From positions 1,054,001 through 1,118,000 of the forward strand of contig JAIVFI010000002.1 in NCBI GenBank assembly GCA_025558095.1: a DNA stretch of 64,000 nt. Reading direction: 5' to 3'. Under the pieces are notes generated by a model. That model saw nothing but the letters and a program-made list of their open reading frames with translations, was not told where the DNA came from and did no database searches. This document shows, in pieces, positions 1 through 12,011 of the stretch. Both the position numbers and the translations under genes were made by a program. The first letter of the stretch is position 1, and every line of letters starts with the position of its first letter. The stretch comes from Hyaloraphidium curvatum SAG 235-1. Its lineage: Eukaryota; Fungi; Monoblepharomycota.

Positions 1-124
1 AGTCCATTGCGGTGCTGGCGCGTGACTCTGGCACCCAGCATCTCCCATTGTTCGTCTCCCCGTCCGCGCCTCCCAGTGCTGCCGGCAGTTCCCGCCCCGC
101 GCCTCCGCGCTCATCGACGGCGCG

Positions 125-1705
125 ATGGAGTCCCACGCGATCGAACGCGATCCGGAGGCGGGCGACGCGCCGGGCGGCGGCGGGGATCCGGATCCGGCCC
201 CGCTTCGGGACAAGCAGCCTCCCGCCCCGCCGTCCTCCTTCCCGGACGCGGTCCCTTTTGCCCTTTCGCCGTGGGAATGGCTCACGCTGTTCCCGATGGC
301 GCCCGTTCCCGACCACGACTCGGGATCCCCGCCGCCCCCGGACCCGGCGTTGTCCCTGCGCGCCGCCGACCCGCTCACCCCCGCCGCCATGCTCGCCGGC
401 CTCGGCGCCGCCTCCCCCGTGCTCCGCGGCTGGACAAGGGCGCAGCTTGCCGTGTCGCCGTGGGCCGCCGGCCGTACGCGGCTGCGGTTCGCGACCAACA
501 TCGGGTTGGGTCTCGCGCTGCTCTCGGTGCAGTGGACGTTCAACGGCGAGGCGGGGCGATTCGGCGTGCCGCAGCTGGCCGCAGCGACGGTGTGCACCGC
601 CACGGCGGGGATCGCCAGCCTCATGCTGGGCTTCTATACGGGAAGGAGGCGGTACGCCGGTCCAAAGGACCTTTCGACGCACCCGCTCGCGGTCGTCGTC
701 CGCTGGGTGCAGCTCCAGCAGCTTTCGGGCAAGGATGGGTCGCCGCTGCTGGCACACGATCCGGGAGACAAGCTCTGTCCTTGTTCCCAATGCGGCATGC
801 GGGTGGTCACCAGGGCGGCTTGGCTGCGGACCGCCGAGTTCGCCGTCAGGATCCTCGTGATCGGGACCGGGTTCATGTTCTACTTCTTTTGGATGCCGGC
901 CGTCGTCTACCGGAGCTACACGTGGAGCACCTCCTGGGCCGCCGTGCTCTGCGTCCTGTTTGCTATTTCGTCGTTCGAATTCCACGTCAACAACCTCCTC
1001 GTGGTGCAGCCCCTGACCGTCGGCCCGCTGGACCTCTCCCTGCGGCTGCACAACCGCGCCGTCTCGCTCGCGCTCGTGGATTTCCGGCGGCGGTACCGGA
1101 TCCTCCTGGCCGGCGCGGACGGGCCCTCGGTGACGCGCATGGTCCCGGAGGAGGAAACCTACATCGTGCTGCAGAGCTCCATGGTGCCGACCTGGATCCG
1201 GCGCTTGTCGATCGTCGCCTTCGGGCCCTTCTACTTCTTCGTCGTCGCGACGCCGAACCTGGTCGTCAGCCTGGTCGCGAGCCTGGCCGCGGGAAACTGC
1301 ATCCCCGCCGCGGTGCTGTTCGGCCTCGGATACCACCTCTGCATCGCCGGGACGGACCTCCTCAACTTTGCCGAGAGCAACGCGCACGTGTCGGTCGTGC
1401 GGGACCTGTACACGCGGACGCGCACCGCGCTGCTCGAGCTCGGCATCAAGTCGGACACGATGGAGGTGCGCGGCGGGACGGGGCGCAGGAGCCCCGCGGC
1501 CGTCGCCTTGCTGGAGCGGCACGACGCGCTCCTGGGGAGCTACATCGCGGCGTCGGGGAACTACCTGGCCCGCTACATGGGCTTTGCGGTGGACGGGGCG
1601 GTGGTCCGGAACGTGGTCGCGACGTTCGTGACCGTCGCCGTCGGCCTGCTGGGAATCCTGCGCGGATCCGGTGTGTACGTCACATGGAACATGGCCTGCG
1701 GGTGA
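125..1705 (+). CDS. 7-TM membrane protein, DUF3537/gustatory receptor-like (7TMIC) candidate, paralog 1
   Basis: Intronless 526-aa ORF with about 7 hydrophobic segments. Shares motifs with three paralogs in the window: EWxxLFP, LLAHDPGDKLCPCSQC, RLHNRAV and C-terminal LLGSYI...YMGFAVDGAVVRNVVATFVTVAVGLLGILRG. Confidence 0.8.
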   Translation: MESHAIERDPEAGDAPGGGGDPDPAPLRDKQPPAPPSSFPDAVPFALSPWEWLTLFPMAPVPDHDSGSPPPPDPALSLRAADPLTPAAMLAGLGAASPVLRGWTRAQLAVSPWAAGRTRLRFATNIGLGLALLSVQWTFNGEAGRFGVPQLAAATVCTATAGIASLMLGFYTGRRRYAGPKDLSTHPLAVVVRWVQLQQLSGKDGSPLLAHDPGDKLCPCSQCGMRVVTRAAWLRTAEFAVRILVIGTGFMFYFFWMPAVVYRSYTWSTSWAAVLCVLFAISSFEFHVNNLLVVQPLTVGPLDLSLRLHNRAVSLALVDFRRRYRILLAGADGPSVTRMVPEEETYIVLQSSMVPTWIRRLSIVAFGPFYFFVVATPNLVVSLVASLAAGNCIPAAVLFGLGYHLCIAGTDLLNFAESNAHVSVVRDLYTRTRTALLELGIKSDTMEVRGGTGRRSPAAVALLERHDALLGSYIAASGNYLARYMGFAVDGAVVRNVVATFVTVAVGLLGILRGSGVYVTWNMACG

Positions 1706-1833
1706 TTGGAAGGGGAAGTCTTGGCATTGCGGTAGCCCATTTAGTTGTTGATCCGGATCAGATTGGTGATCGAAGAAAAAGTCCGTTTTCTGCCACGTCA
1801 ACCTCCGTCACCCTCCCGCGCGTAGACAGGACA

Positions 1834-2458
1834 ATGGCCGCCGAGACCAGCGCGGAAAGTATTGCCATCGACGTCAATGTCAGCATCGGCGGTGCGGGAG
1901 AAACCGCGTCAAGGTTCACTATTGCCGTGAATCCGACTGGCGCGACCCGTCGCGACCTGCACCGCGCCGTAGCGGAGGAACTGCGCCTCACCAGACTCCA
2001 GCGCGGCTACCTGCGCCTGGTGGTCCCGAACGAGCCCAAGATGAATGCGCCTGCAACCCCAAGGGAACTCGCGAGACTGCTCGCCGTGGAGGAGCCGGTG
2101 CGCTCAGAGGAGGTCCTTGGGGACCGCCTTGTCCCCGGATGCTGGATCTACGGTGCTTGCAACGTCGCGTACGGTGCGTGGTTTTCGGTCAGCCGTGATC
2201 CGAGCAGGGGAACCAACAGCCTGCTGGGCCCCGCCAGCTGTGTACTGGGCCAATCGATCGATTGGCAACCACCTGGCTCACCATACCGTCTTTATATCTG
2301 TCACCCTCAGCGTCGTGGTGGGCCCCGTTGTTACAAACGTGATCCTGGCGGGTTTGTCGAGGGAATGGGCGGCACTGGTGCTGTGCATTCTTGGGGGCAT
2401 CATCGGCTTCCACCACTGGGGAACGAGCACGGACATTGGCGCACGATGGATCCTGTGA
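1834..2458 (+). CDS. Hypothetical protein; possible ubiquitin-like N-terminal domain plus C-terminal hydrophobic segments
   Basis: ATG at 1834 (MAAETSAESIAIDVNV). The hydrophobic tail VFISVTLSVVVGPVV...WAALVLCILGGIIGF lies in another frame, so splicing or a frameshift near 2175-2300 is needed. Structure uncertain. Confidence 0.4.
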
Positions 2459-3366
2459 TCATTGGTGCGCGACCAACGTAGATTCCTCGTAGGATAACTG
2501 TTCGATTTGTACCTTTCGGAGTCGAAAGGTGTAGTCGAGGTCCTCAGAATGTCAGGTCGGACTCCAACCAAACACGACCGGTCTCCCGGGCTCTTCCCGG
2601 GCTCTTCCGCCCCTCCTCAAAGCTCAGAATCAGAGATCACGAGGTTTCGGGACCTCCCGAACGCTAGGCAGGCGCAATGCAGGAAGAGGAGGCAGCTGCG
2701 ACGTCGCCTAGACGCGGACCTCTAGCTGTCGGGCGACCAGCGCTTCCTGCCATCACCAACAGCCTCCGTCGCTTACAGCCTTACGTTGCAAAGATCTGAA
2801 GACTTCCAAACGCCAGGCAGGCGCCGAGGAGGAGGGAGAATGAGGCGAAGCATCGCCACCCAGCACCACCTCGAGCATGGTGCCGAGTCGCGTGTTCGTC
2901 GCACCCATGCCCCGCCCGGTCCTCTCACGCGGACGGTTACCTTGGGAGTCAGCAGCCTGAGGGGCGGCGGCCCACTGGGGACTAGATCTGACACTTTCAC
3001 GGGCTTGGTTTGAAAACCTGCTCGCCAACCTCCATTTCCCCGGACAACGTCGCGCTGGCCAGCAAATCACCCCTGGAAAGCGGTAGAGGAAAGATGAAAC
3101 TGAATGAAGGTTCCAACGCCGTCACGGGGGCCGATCAGGCCTTTGTCGGACAAGATCTGGCCAAGCTTGCTCCCACAACAACCTTCGCTGCTGACAGGGC
3201 ACCAGATCAAGCTCGCTATGCGGATCAAGGTGGCTCCGACGCGAGGCAGCGACCCGATACTTCCGCGTCTATCGGGCGCGCGGCGTACCCAACCTCACGA
3301 GTCCGGAGCTGCACAGCCTGCTGCGAAGCACTTTCGCGTCCTCCACACTGGCAAGCAGCGTTGAGG

Positions 3367-3981
3367 ATGGCCGCAGCGGCGGCCGGGGGCGGCAGCGACG
3401 AGCCGTCCATCTGGCTGCGCGTGCTGCCGGACGCGGCGTTCGTGCGCGTGCCGCTGCGCAGCGCGACGGGCCGCCCGGTGCAGCACGACACGGACCTGCG
3501 CGGCCGCGTCGGCGCGGCGCTACGGCTGTCTGGCGCGCACACCGGCTGCATGCAGTTCGCGCTGTGTGCGCCCCCGGGTGGTGTCCCGTCGCGCGACGCC
3601 GCGCAGCTCGCGGCGTTCCTCCCCTCCGGCGCCGGCCCGGGCGCGCCTTTCGCCGCGCCCGACTCGCGGCTCGAGCGCGGCGCGTTCGTCGTCGCGCGCG
3701 CGGTGCCGGGCCGCTCGTGGCTGGGCGCCGTCGGGGGCGCCGTCGACGGCGCGCTGGACAGCCTGTTCGGCGCCGGCGGCGCCGGGGAAACCGCCGCCCG
3801 CTTCCGCAGCCCGGGCGACCCGCTGCCCCCGGGGCTGGAGACGTATGCGTACCCCGAACCCGAACCCGAACCCGAAGCCGGCACCGGTCCCGGAACCAGC
3901 CCCGCGGAGGCGCTGCCCGAGCTGCCCCGTGCGCCCGGGGTGCCCCGCGATCTCCGCGAACGCCACCCCAAGCGGGACTGA
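3367..3981 (+). CDS. Hypothetical protein with PEPEPE tract
   Basis: ATG at 3367, strong GC3 bias, (CCCGAA)n encoding PE repeats near 3853-3876. Weak similarity to the 1834 ORF. Confidence 0.5.
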   Translation: MAAAAAGGGSDEPSIWLRVLPDAAFVRVPLRSATGRPVQHDTDLRGRVGAALRLSGAHTGCMQFALCAPPGGVPSRDAAQLAAFLPSGAGPGAPFAAPDSRLERGAFVVARAVPGRSWLGAVGGAVDGALDSLFGAGGAGETAARFRSPGDPLPPGLETYAYPEPEPEPEAGTGPGTSPAEALPELPRAPGVPRDLRERHPKRD

Positions 3982-4208
3982 GCGCCGTGTGGGCGTTGAC
4001 TGTGGTTCCAGAGGTCGCTGCACGGGTGCCGTGGCTTCTGCCAGTCCGGCCCGTCTCCATCGCGTGGGGAGTCGAGTTGCTACACATCGACGGACCGTAG
4101 CCATTGGGACAGCCTTTGAGGGCGATCCGTCGAGAAGATTGCGAAGAGGGCGTGCTTCTTTGGTCTCGTGTGTGATTGGTTCCAGTGTACCATGCCCAGC
4201 TCTGTCTT

Positions 4209-5553
4209 CTAGAGGGTCTTCTTGCCTCCCGCCAGCCACTCCGACACCATCCCCACCACCAGGTCCGGCACCTCGTCCACGACAAAGTGCCCGATCCCGT
4301 CCAGCGCCCTTATCTCCATGTCCCCCGGCCGCTCCATGATGTGCTCCGGCAGCCCCGTCAGGCACGTTGCGGCGTCCAGCGCGATGTCGTTCAGGCCCCA
4401 GATGACCAGCGTGCGGCACTGGACCTTGCCGGGCAGCTCCAGGGTCGTCCGCGCGTTGGAGCGGTAGTAGTTCACCATCGCGGTGATGGCCCCGGGTTGC
4501 AGCGCGTTGAATCTGTGCACGTCCGCCGTGCGCTGGGGGAACATGGTGCTCAGGCCGCGGGCGTCCTCGCCCGTGAGGAGGAGCTCGGGGAGGCCGGGGA
4601 TTTGGAAGAAGATGACGTACCAGGATTTGCCGAGCTGGAGGGGCCGGTTAGGCGACAAGAAGCGGGGGCAAACGGTCCTCTCTCACCTGACGCCAGGTCA
4701 TGTTGCTGGCGTACAGCGATCCGGGCGGGCAGTTGATGATCACGAGGTCCGAAACCATCTCTGGGAACCTGGTCCGACGAATCAGCCTCGACGGGTCGGC
4801 CAAACCGCGTCCGCGCAATCACCTCTGTGTGTAGGCCCAGCTCAGCATCCCGCCCCAGTCGTGTGCGACGACGGCCGTCTTGCCGCCCTTCTTCCCCTTG
4901 CGCTCGAGCACCGCTTCCGCCACCGCCTTGAGGTCGTCCGTCAGCTCCTTGACCGTGTAGTGCTGCAAACCCGTGGGCCTCGACGATCCGCCGTAGCCCC
5001 GAAGGCTGACTGCGACCATGTGCCACCGCGACATCCTCTCGTCCGTGAGCAGCGGTTCCCAAGTGAACCACGATTCAGGAAACCCGTGGACGAGCATGAC
5101 GACGCCCGCGTCGGGATCGTCCACGGCACCGGCCTCGACGACCTGGAGCGAGATCCCGGGCTTGCCGCCGGGCAGCTTGCCGTGCTTCAGCTTCGGGTCG
5201 TCCACGCTGCTGGCGGGCTCCGGGCCGGTGTAGAGCGGCCCGAGCAGCCTCTTCCCGGCCTCCCTCTTGCGCTCCTCGGTCCACTGCGCCTGCTTCTCCT
5301 CGGCGCCGGGCTTGGCGCCGAACCCCAGCAACCTGGCGATCCCGCCGCCGATGCCGCGCACGACGATCGCCTTGAGGAATATCTCGACCACCACCACGCG
5401 CACGACCTGGTAGCTCCCGTAGGCGGCGAACATCAGGAAGCGCGAGAAGGGGTTGGCCCAGACGCGGCGCAGCAGGCGGTCCCAGAAGGTGATGGGCGGG
5501 ATCAGGCCCGCGGGGAAGGGGTGGCGGTGGATCTTGGGCGCGGGGGCGGACAT
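4209..5553 (-). CDS. Alpha/beta-hydrolase, epoxide hydrolase-like (spliced)
   Basis: HGFPE oxyanion motif, LRGYGGS, AHDWGG nucleophile elbow, NYYR lid tyrosines, IWGLND and GH catalytic His. Exons are split by two short introns (about 4770-4822 and 4630-4686). Confidence 0.88.
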
Positions 5554-5833
5554 GGCGGGGGCCCGAGCGCGGCGCGAGGATAGGAAGGGAGGTACGGCGT
5601 CCGCGCGGCACCCGGACGGCGGCGAGACGGGGGAGACCGGATGCGGATGAACGGTTTCCACGGTCCCCGATCGCGCGCCGCGCCGCGCGAGACTTTGTTG
5701 ACCGCGTCGATCGCGTCATTGCCGTCTGCCTCCTGCACTTCTCCAGGCGCGGAGTCGCTGAGTCGGACCACCGAGTCGGACCTTCGGCGTCACATCTTCG
5801 CGCTCGAACGCGGTCTGCCGCCCGACGATCGCG

Positions 5834-8109
5834 ATGCGGGGCCATGTCGCGCTTCTCGCCGCCCTCCTCAAGCTGCTCCTGCTCCTCGCCGGCCCCGCCG
5901 ATGCCGAGAAGCGCCGACCCTCCATCATCGTCTACGTGGTCGACGACCTGGACGTGCACATGGGATCCCTCGAATCCATGCCCCACGTCCGCGCGAGGCT
6001 CCTCGAGAAGGGCACGCGCTGGAACAATGCCGTCGTAACGACGGCTCTGTGCTGCCCGACGCGTTCGACCTTCCTCACGGGGCTGCTGGCGCACAACACA
6101 AACTACACGTCGACGATGGAGCCGTACGGGGGCTACGAGCCGTTCCTCACCAAGGGGCTGACGAAGGACTACCTGCCGATTTGGCTCCGGGACGCGGGCT
6201 ACGTGGGTCTCCCTGGCCAGGGGCGCGTGGAGCTCGCTTACCGGACGTGCTGGGGCAGAAAACGTACTTCGTGGGCAAGCTGGTCAACGGGGTCACCACG
6301 GCCAACTACATGCGGCCGCTGGAGGGATGGGACGTGTTCGACGTGATGCTTCTCCCTTACCTCTGTGAGCCACCTTTCGCTGGGCATCAGATCGGCACTG
6401 ACGAGATGGCAGATGACTATTTGAATCCCGTGTTTTCGAGGAACGGGAACCCGCCGAAGCACTACAGGGGTCAATACCAGACCGACGTCATCACCAAGAA
6501 GAGTGGGACCTCTTCCCTACGCTGTCTGGTCAACAGCCTTCCTGACGCGGCTTTCCAGCGCTCGACATCCTCGCCTCCACCCCCGCCGACCGCCCCTTCT
6601 TCCTCTACGTCGCCCCCGGTGCCGCCCACTCGACCTACAAGTTCCCTCAGGTCCGCAGCGCGCTCGCCAACCGCGACCCGGCCCTCCCTTACGAGGCATT
6701 GGGCCTGGGCTGGACCTACCCCATCCCCGCGGAGCGCCACGCGCACCTGTTCAACGACTCCAAGGTGCCGCGCGAGCCGTGGTTCGACCCCGAAGTGTTC
6801 GAAGGCAAGCCCTCGTGGCACGCCCACCTGAAGCGCAAGACGCCCTACGAGCTCGAGGAGATGGACAGGTGGCACCGCGCGCGCCTGCGCACCCTGCAGG
6901 CCGTCGACGAGGGCATCGAGCACCTCTTCCTCGCCCTGGAGCGGATGGGCAGGCTCGACGACACGTACTTTTTGTTCCTGAGCGACAACGGTTACCACCT
7001 GGGCCAGCTGCGGATGAACGTCGGCAAGTCGTCGCCGTACGAGACGGATGTGAGGATACCGTTCGTCGTGCGGGGACCCGGCGTGGGCAAGGGGGAGAGG
7101 AAGAAGGACGTGGTGACGGCGGCGGACGTGGCCCCGACGGTGCTGCGGATGGCGGGCCTGGAGGGGAAGCCGTGGTTCGACGGCCAGCCGATCGACCTCT
7201 CGGGCACGGGGGAGGGGACGAAGCGGGAGGGCTTCCTCGTCGAGTACTGGGGTGGGTTCGAACGTTGCTGCGGCTCCTCTGCTTGGTCCTGACCACGGTG
7301 GGACCACCTCCTCGCAGACCTCGCGGCCGACGAAGGGTTCCAGAACGTCTACCGAAACAACATGTACAAGTCCATCCGCATCGTCTCCGACGAGCACAAC
7401 CTCTACTTTGCCGTGTGGTGCACCAACGAAACCGAGTTCTACGATCTGCGCAAGGACCCCTGGCAGCTCAGCAACGCGATCGGGACGGCGAACCCGCGGC
7501 TGGTGTCGAGGCTCGAGGCCCTCGTCAAGACGATGAAGGAGTGCAAGGGGGCGGGGTGCAGGGAGCCGTGGGGCGTGTTGCATCCGGACGGGAGTGTCAA
7601 GAGCCTGACGGACGCGCTGGATCCGGTGGGTTGCAAGGCGACGGCCAGCAAGGAGGTGATCGGCTGACTTGCAGGCAACTCGCCAGAAACACGACGCCAT
7701 CTACGCCAAGATCAAGCCGTTCCGCTACGGCCGCTGCATGCGGCACCTCTCCCCGCGCAACGAAGGCGTGCGCCGGATACCCGACACGGGGAACCACCCA
7801 CCGCCGCTAGAGGTAGCCCGCGTGAGCGCCGAATCGGGCGAGATCGTGTGGACCCGGGAATCGGTGCCGGCTCCGGACGGCCCGCCGCCGGCGGGGCCGA
7901 GGATCCCGCTCCTGGAGGAGACGGGGGGGGAGCCGCTGGACCGGCATCCCGCGGCGCAGGATCTGCTGACGCCCAAGTTCGATCACGCGGGCTTTGGCTT
8001 CATTGACATTCCGGGGTATCTGATTCAAAGAGGGTGGCAGGCAACGACGATGGCGCTGTGGAACAACCTCGTCGGCGGCTTTGCCTGGTGGAACGGGTTC
8101 CTCGAATGA
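5834..8109 (+). CDS. Secreted S1 sulfatase (N-acetylglucosamine-6-sulfatase/arylsulfatase type), about 5 introns
   Basis: Signal peptide, RPSII..VDDLD, formylglycine motif CCPTRSTFLTG, YFVGKL, SDNGYHLGQ, GKSSPYETDVRIP, EFYDLRKDPWQL. GT-AG introns, e.g. 6203-6258. Confidence 0.92.
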
Positions 8110-8214
8110 TCTGCAATAGATGGATCTTCTGGACGGTTTCGACCTCGGCATGGTTCTTTCACGGGGGCGTGAGACGCGTGATTGAACCGTCAAGTCCGCC
8201 TATCCGTCGCCGCA

Positions 8215-9282
8215 ATGGCCAACGAGGTGGAGCTGTTTCTCCGGCGCAAGGAGCTTGACGAGGCCACGATCTCCGCGTTCCGGACCGCCGGCTGGGCCCA
8301 GCTTCGGCGACTGGCCATTCCCCCCTTCCCTCCCCCCTCTCTCTCCCCCCCCCCTCCCCCCTCTTTCCCCTCCCCCCCCTCCCCTCTCGGAATCGCCGCG
8401 GCGCTCGATCCGGCTCCGCAAGACGCGTCGTATCAGTCCCACACCCCCGTCGTCGCCGAAAGACGATGCTGGAGCGCAGAGCGACAACGAAAAGGCAGCT
8501 CAGGAAGTGCATTCGGCCGGATCGAGTGCTCGACCTCACACGCACATGCCGTCGCCGGGACCCTCCGATCTTGGGAGAGACTTGTTCGGAGATTCGGATA
8601 GCGAGCTCTCTGAGCACTCCGATTCCGACGACGAGGCAGGACCGCATGCCGGAGAAAACACCGGCGGATGTTTCCATAGTCGAAAGCAAATTCGCGCTAT
8701 GCTTGGCGGCAGTGACCAGCCAACCTTGCCCAACGTGAGGGTCTTCCTTTCGCGTGACCGCCGTGTCTACTTGCTGACATATCGCGTCAGTCCTTGACCC
8801 TATCCGGAACCGTTGGCGTCTTCCTGAGGCCGGATCAGAACGCACAGTGCGGCAATCCCGGCTGCGACAAGCTCGATTGCCCTGCTCTGTGTGCGGAGGA
8901 TGACACCAGCGTCCGCTTCCGGGCCAAGATGCCCAAGGTCGTCATCGTCACGTATCCAGAATACTGCGGCCGAATCGTGAAGTTCTGCGGGCCGGGTAAC
9001 GGCGGCGCCCTACCAATCTGGGTTCGCCGTGGGGAAAGGCGATGGGAGTACCTCGGACACTACCGGTTCGAAAGCGAAAGCGGGGCTGTTCCGCGGAAGA
9101 AGATGTGGCCTGAGCGCAAGGACTGCGTCGTGGATGGATTCGGCAGGGTGCTTGTGAGCGGAGCCAAAGTGGAGGGCCACCGAAAGCGGCAGTTCTGGCA
9201 CGCCATCACGATGGTCTTTGTTGGCTTCGACGACCCGGTGGAGAGGTACAAGCGGTTGGGGAGGGATCAGTATTGGTTTTAG
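8215..9282 (+). CDS. Hypothetical protein with DUF6697-like C-terminal domain
   Basis: RKQIRAMLGG..QP, WEYLGHYRF and ITMVFVGFD resemble the fungal DUF6697 pattern. The frame breaks inside a poly-C/T tract (8320-8386), with a probable intron from about 8736. Confidence 0.45.
8320..8386 (+). repeat. Polypyrimidine (C-rich) low-complexity tract
   Basis: Almost only C/T for about 65 nt; encodes poly-Pro and is a likely indel site. Confidence 0.8.
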
Positions 9283-9357
9283 GCATCTCCTGTCGGCGCC
9301 TTCGTCTCTTTTGGAACCTCCAGCATTGTTCTTGATCTTCACCCAATCCATTACACG

Positions 9358-10419
9358 CTACGTCATTGCCGCGTCGCGATCGGGAACCCAACCATCCGCC
9401 CGTGCCTTCTTGAGCAGCTCCGCGCACGGGTGCATTTCGCCCGCATCAATGAGCCTGTCCAGAGCGAGCAAGGGGGCCTCATCGTCCCGAAGGGCCTCCA
9501 ACCTAGCGAGGAACTGTGTCCGCGGCACATCGCCAGCTCCGTATGTCGCGTACTTGTACTGCAGGCCCATTCCAAGGTCCCAGAGCTTGAAGCCGCAACG
9601 CACCAGCAGCGCCGCCATCGAGTACATCTGCACCGTCCCCGCCCCGTCTTCCGAACAAAATCCCGAATAAGAGACGTAGATGGAGCCGACGCAAACGCCG
9701 ATCTCGCCGGCAACGAGGATCCGGTCCCGTTCGCCAGCGTCCACCATCTCATCGCCGTCAGAATCCCCGCCGTCCGCCCCATTCCCTTGCGGCGCCCAGA
9801 TTTCGAAGGAGACGATCCGAATCTTTCCGTTTCGGAGGTCACGCCGCCGCGACATGTCGCCCAAGGTCTCCCGCAACCGTCGGTAAAGCCAGGCCTCCCC
9901 GTGCCAGGTAACTATCTCGCTGCACACGCCCTCAAAGACCTTGGAAACGGTAATCGTGTGTTTCCGCTTCGTGGCGCGCTTGACGGAGGACTTTTGCGGC
10001 CGCGTGACGCGGGCAAAGTCCACCATGCACCGCTGGGTGTGGAGCTTCGGCGTCAGAAACTCCAGTCCCCGCGCGCTGCCCGCCATGGTGATGAAGCCGT
10101 GGTACATGAGGTCCGCGATGAAACGAGGGTCGAAGCTCGCTGCCAGGCAGAACTCAAGGCCTTCGTCGTCCTCGGCCGACGCGATGGCGGCGAGAGTCTC
10201 TGCCGATGGGGGTCCGTTCGCGAGCTCGGCTTCAAGGAGGCGGTTCCGGGTCTCGATCGCCTTTTGCCGGCCTTCCTCGAACCGGACCAGCGCCGCGATG
10301 AACGCATTGAGGTCCGTGGCCTGCGCGATAAAGGGGTGCGAGGACGTGTAGTTCGGGGCCACGCGCATCAGGGTGCCGAGCACCGCCCGCTCCGGAGGCG
10401 ACAGCGCGGCCGAGCTCAT
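9358..10419 (-). CDS. Leucyl/phenylalanyl-tRNA-protein transferase (Aat/ATEL1)-like
   Basis: Intronless ORF with PKLHTQRC, HGEAWL, SFEIW...LVAGEIG..VGSIYVSYSGF, GAGTVQM, GFKLWDLGM..YK...GA...R..FL. Confidence 0.8.
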   Translation of the reverse strand: MSSAALSPPERAVLGTLMRVAPNYTSSHPFIAQATDLNAFIAALVRFEEGRQKAIETRNRLLEAELANGPPSAETLAAIASAEDDEGLEFCLAASFDPRFIADLMYHGFITMAGSARGLEFLTPKLHTQRCMVDFARVTRPQKSSVKRATKRKHTITVSKVFEGVCSEIVTWHGEAWLYRRLRETLGDMSRRRDLRNGKIRIVSFEIWAPQGNGADGGDSDGDEMVDAGERDRILVAGEIGVCVGSIYVSYSGFCSEDGAGTVQMYSMAALLVRCGFKLWDLGMGLQYKYATYGAGDVPRTQFLARLEALRDDEAPLLALDRLIDAGEMHPCAELLKKARADGWVPDRDAAMT

Positions 10420-10582
10420 CGGCGTAGAAGCCTGATGGGCCGGATTGTCGGCGATCGAGGGTATACGGCAGCAGCAGGCGCCCATGCACGACGACAGGCT
10501 GCTACGCGCGTCGCATCTGGCTGAACACTTTTTCAAATCTCAAGTTGAGAGTCCAAACTCTCCGCCGGGCCCGCTGTAATGC

Positions 10583-11970
10583 TTGCTCGATTTGAACGAC
10601 GACGCGCTGATGCTTGTTCTGGAACGGCTGGACGGTCGGGTTCTGTTCAGCCTGGCTCGGAAGCTGTGCCGGCGACTGAGGACGGTGACCTGCCGGATCT
10701 TTGAAGCCCGTGTCCGCGTGGCGCTCAGCTCCGATGCCTCTGCTCGCCGCCGAGCAGCCTCTCAAATGGCAATGTGCTGGGCTGCCTCGCACGGAGTCCT
10801 TTCTCGCGTTCAGAACTTTGGGTCTGCCTTGGAATCGGGTTGCCGCCGGTTGGGCGGGCTCCTGCGGGCGTCAGCTTTTCGCGACGAAGATTTCACGGTG
10901 GCAACGGAAGAGTTTTCAACACCTTCTCGCGGACGCTGATAAGATTGATTGGCCAGAGCAACGAGGCGGAGTGCAGGGAGAGTCAGATACGCTCTCCCGG
11001 ACCTTTCAACGAGGTGTTCGCGGAAACGGAGCTTCTCCGCAGTGCCGCTTGGGCCCTGAGATTATCGGAACGTCGAGCTGCAGAGTTCTTCCGCCGTGCG
11101 GCCAATTTCCAGCTTCTACCGCGCAAGGGGTCACGTGAGGAATACCAGATCAGGTGCACTTTGCACTTCGCCCGCTTTCTTCGCGGGGACGTTCCAAACG
11201 GCAGAGCAGTGCCCTTGGAAAGGTCGTGGCTTTTTGATGGGGATCAGGAAGTTCCGTACATTGTCGATGCCCTTGTGCTGGCGTCGCAAAAGACCTTGAA
11301 CGGTGATAGCTACCGCTCCATTGCAGCCGGGCCAAAGCACTTTGCGTCCAAGGTCAGGTGGAGCCGGGTAGAGCTCGGCTTTAGGGATGTTGATCCCGTC
11401 GGCTTTGCGTCGCGGTTGGTGGACGCGATGATTTTGAATGACCCAGCAGTGGCACCCAGAGAACTCTGGAGGGCATGCCATTTGGTTACCGCGGAATCGG
11501 TCTACCCGGCGTTTAATGATAAGGCGGGGGATTCTCGAATGACGCAAGTCTTTGCTGGCGGATGTCCAAACCTCCGTGCGCGAATCGACGCGGATCCATC
11601 AAGAGCTGATTACCTCGTCTTTGCCGGACCCGACACATACAGAATCTGGGACGCGCATCTCATACGATTCCTCGTGGAAAGCCGCGGACGGCAGACTAGA
11701 TTTGGCTTGCTATTTGCCCCGTGACGGAAAGCGCATGGGATGGTTGCGGAAAAAGTATGGCGTCGAAACAATTTTCGGACTCGAAAGCAATCCGCAAGGC
11801 GACCGCTTGGTGGAGTTTCTGGCTTGTGGACCATGGCGTTGAAGGTTACGAGGACCATTTCAGTGAGCCGCTGAAGGCGGGGCCGTGGATGCCGTCCTTT
11901 AGGGAGAGGCTCTACAGCGCATTGGCAAGGTGCGGTGCGGATGCTGCTCGATTTGCCATGCAATGCATTC
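10583..11970 (+). pseudogene. F-box-containing protein, apparently frameshifted
   Basis: LLDLNDDALMLVLERLD...LSLARKLCRRLR is F-box-like, but the nearest ATG (10579) is out of frame. The product continues across frames 10583-10939, 10774-11724 and 11552/11721 onward. Confidence 0.45.
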
Positions 11971-12011
11971 CTTTCTGCGGTGACTCTCCGGTCGTTCCAA
12001 TCCAAGCCCCG

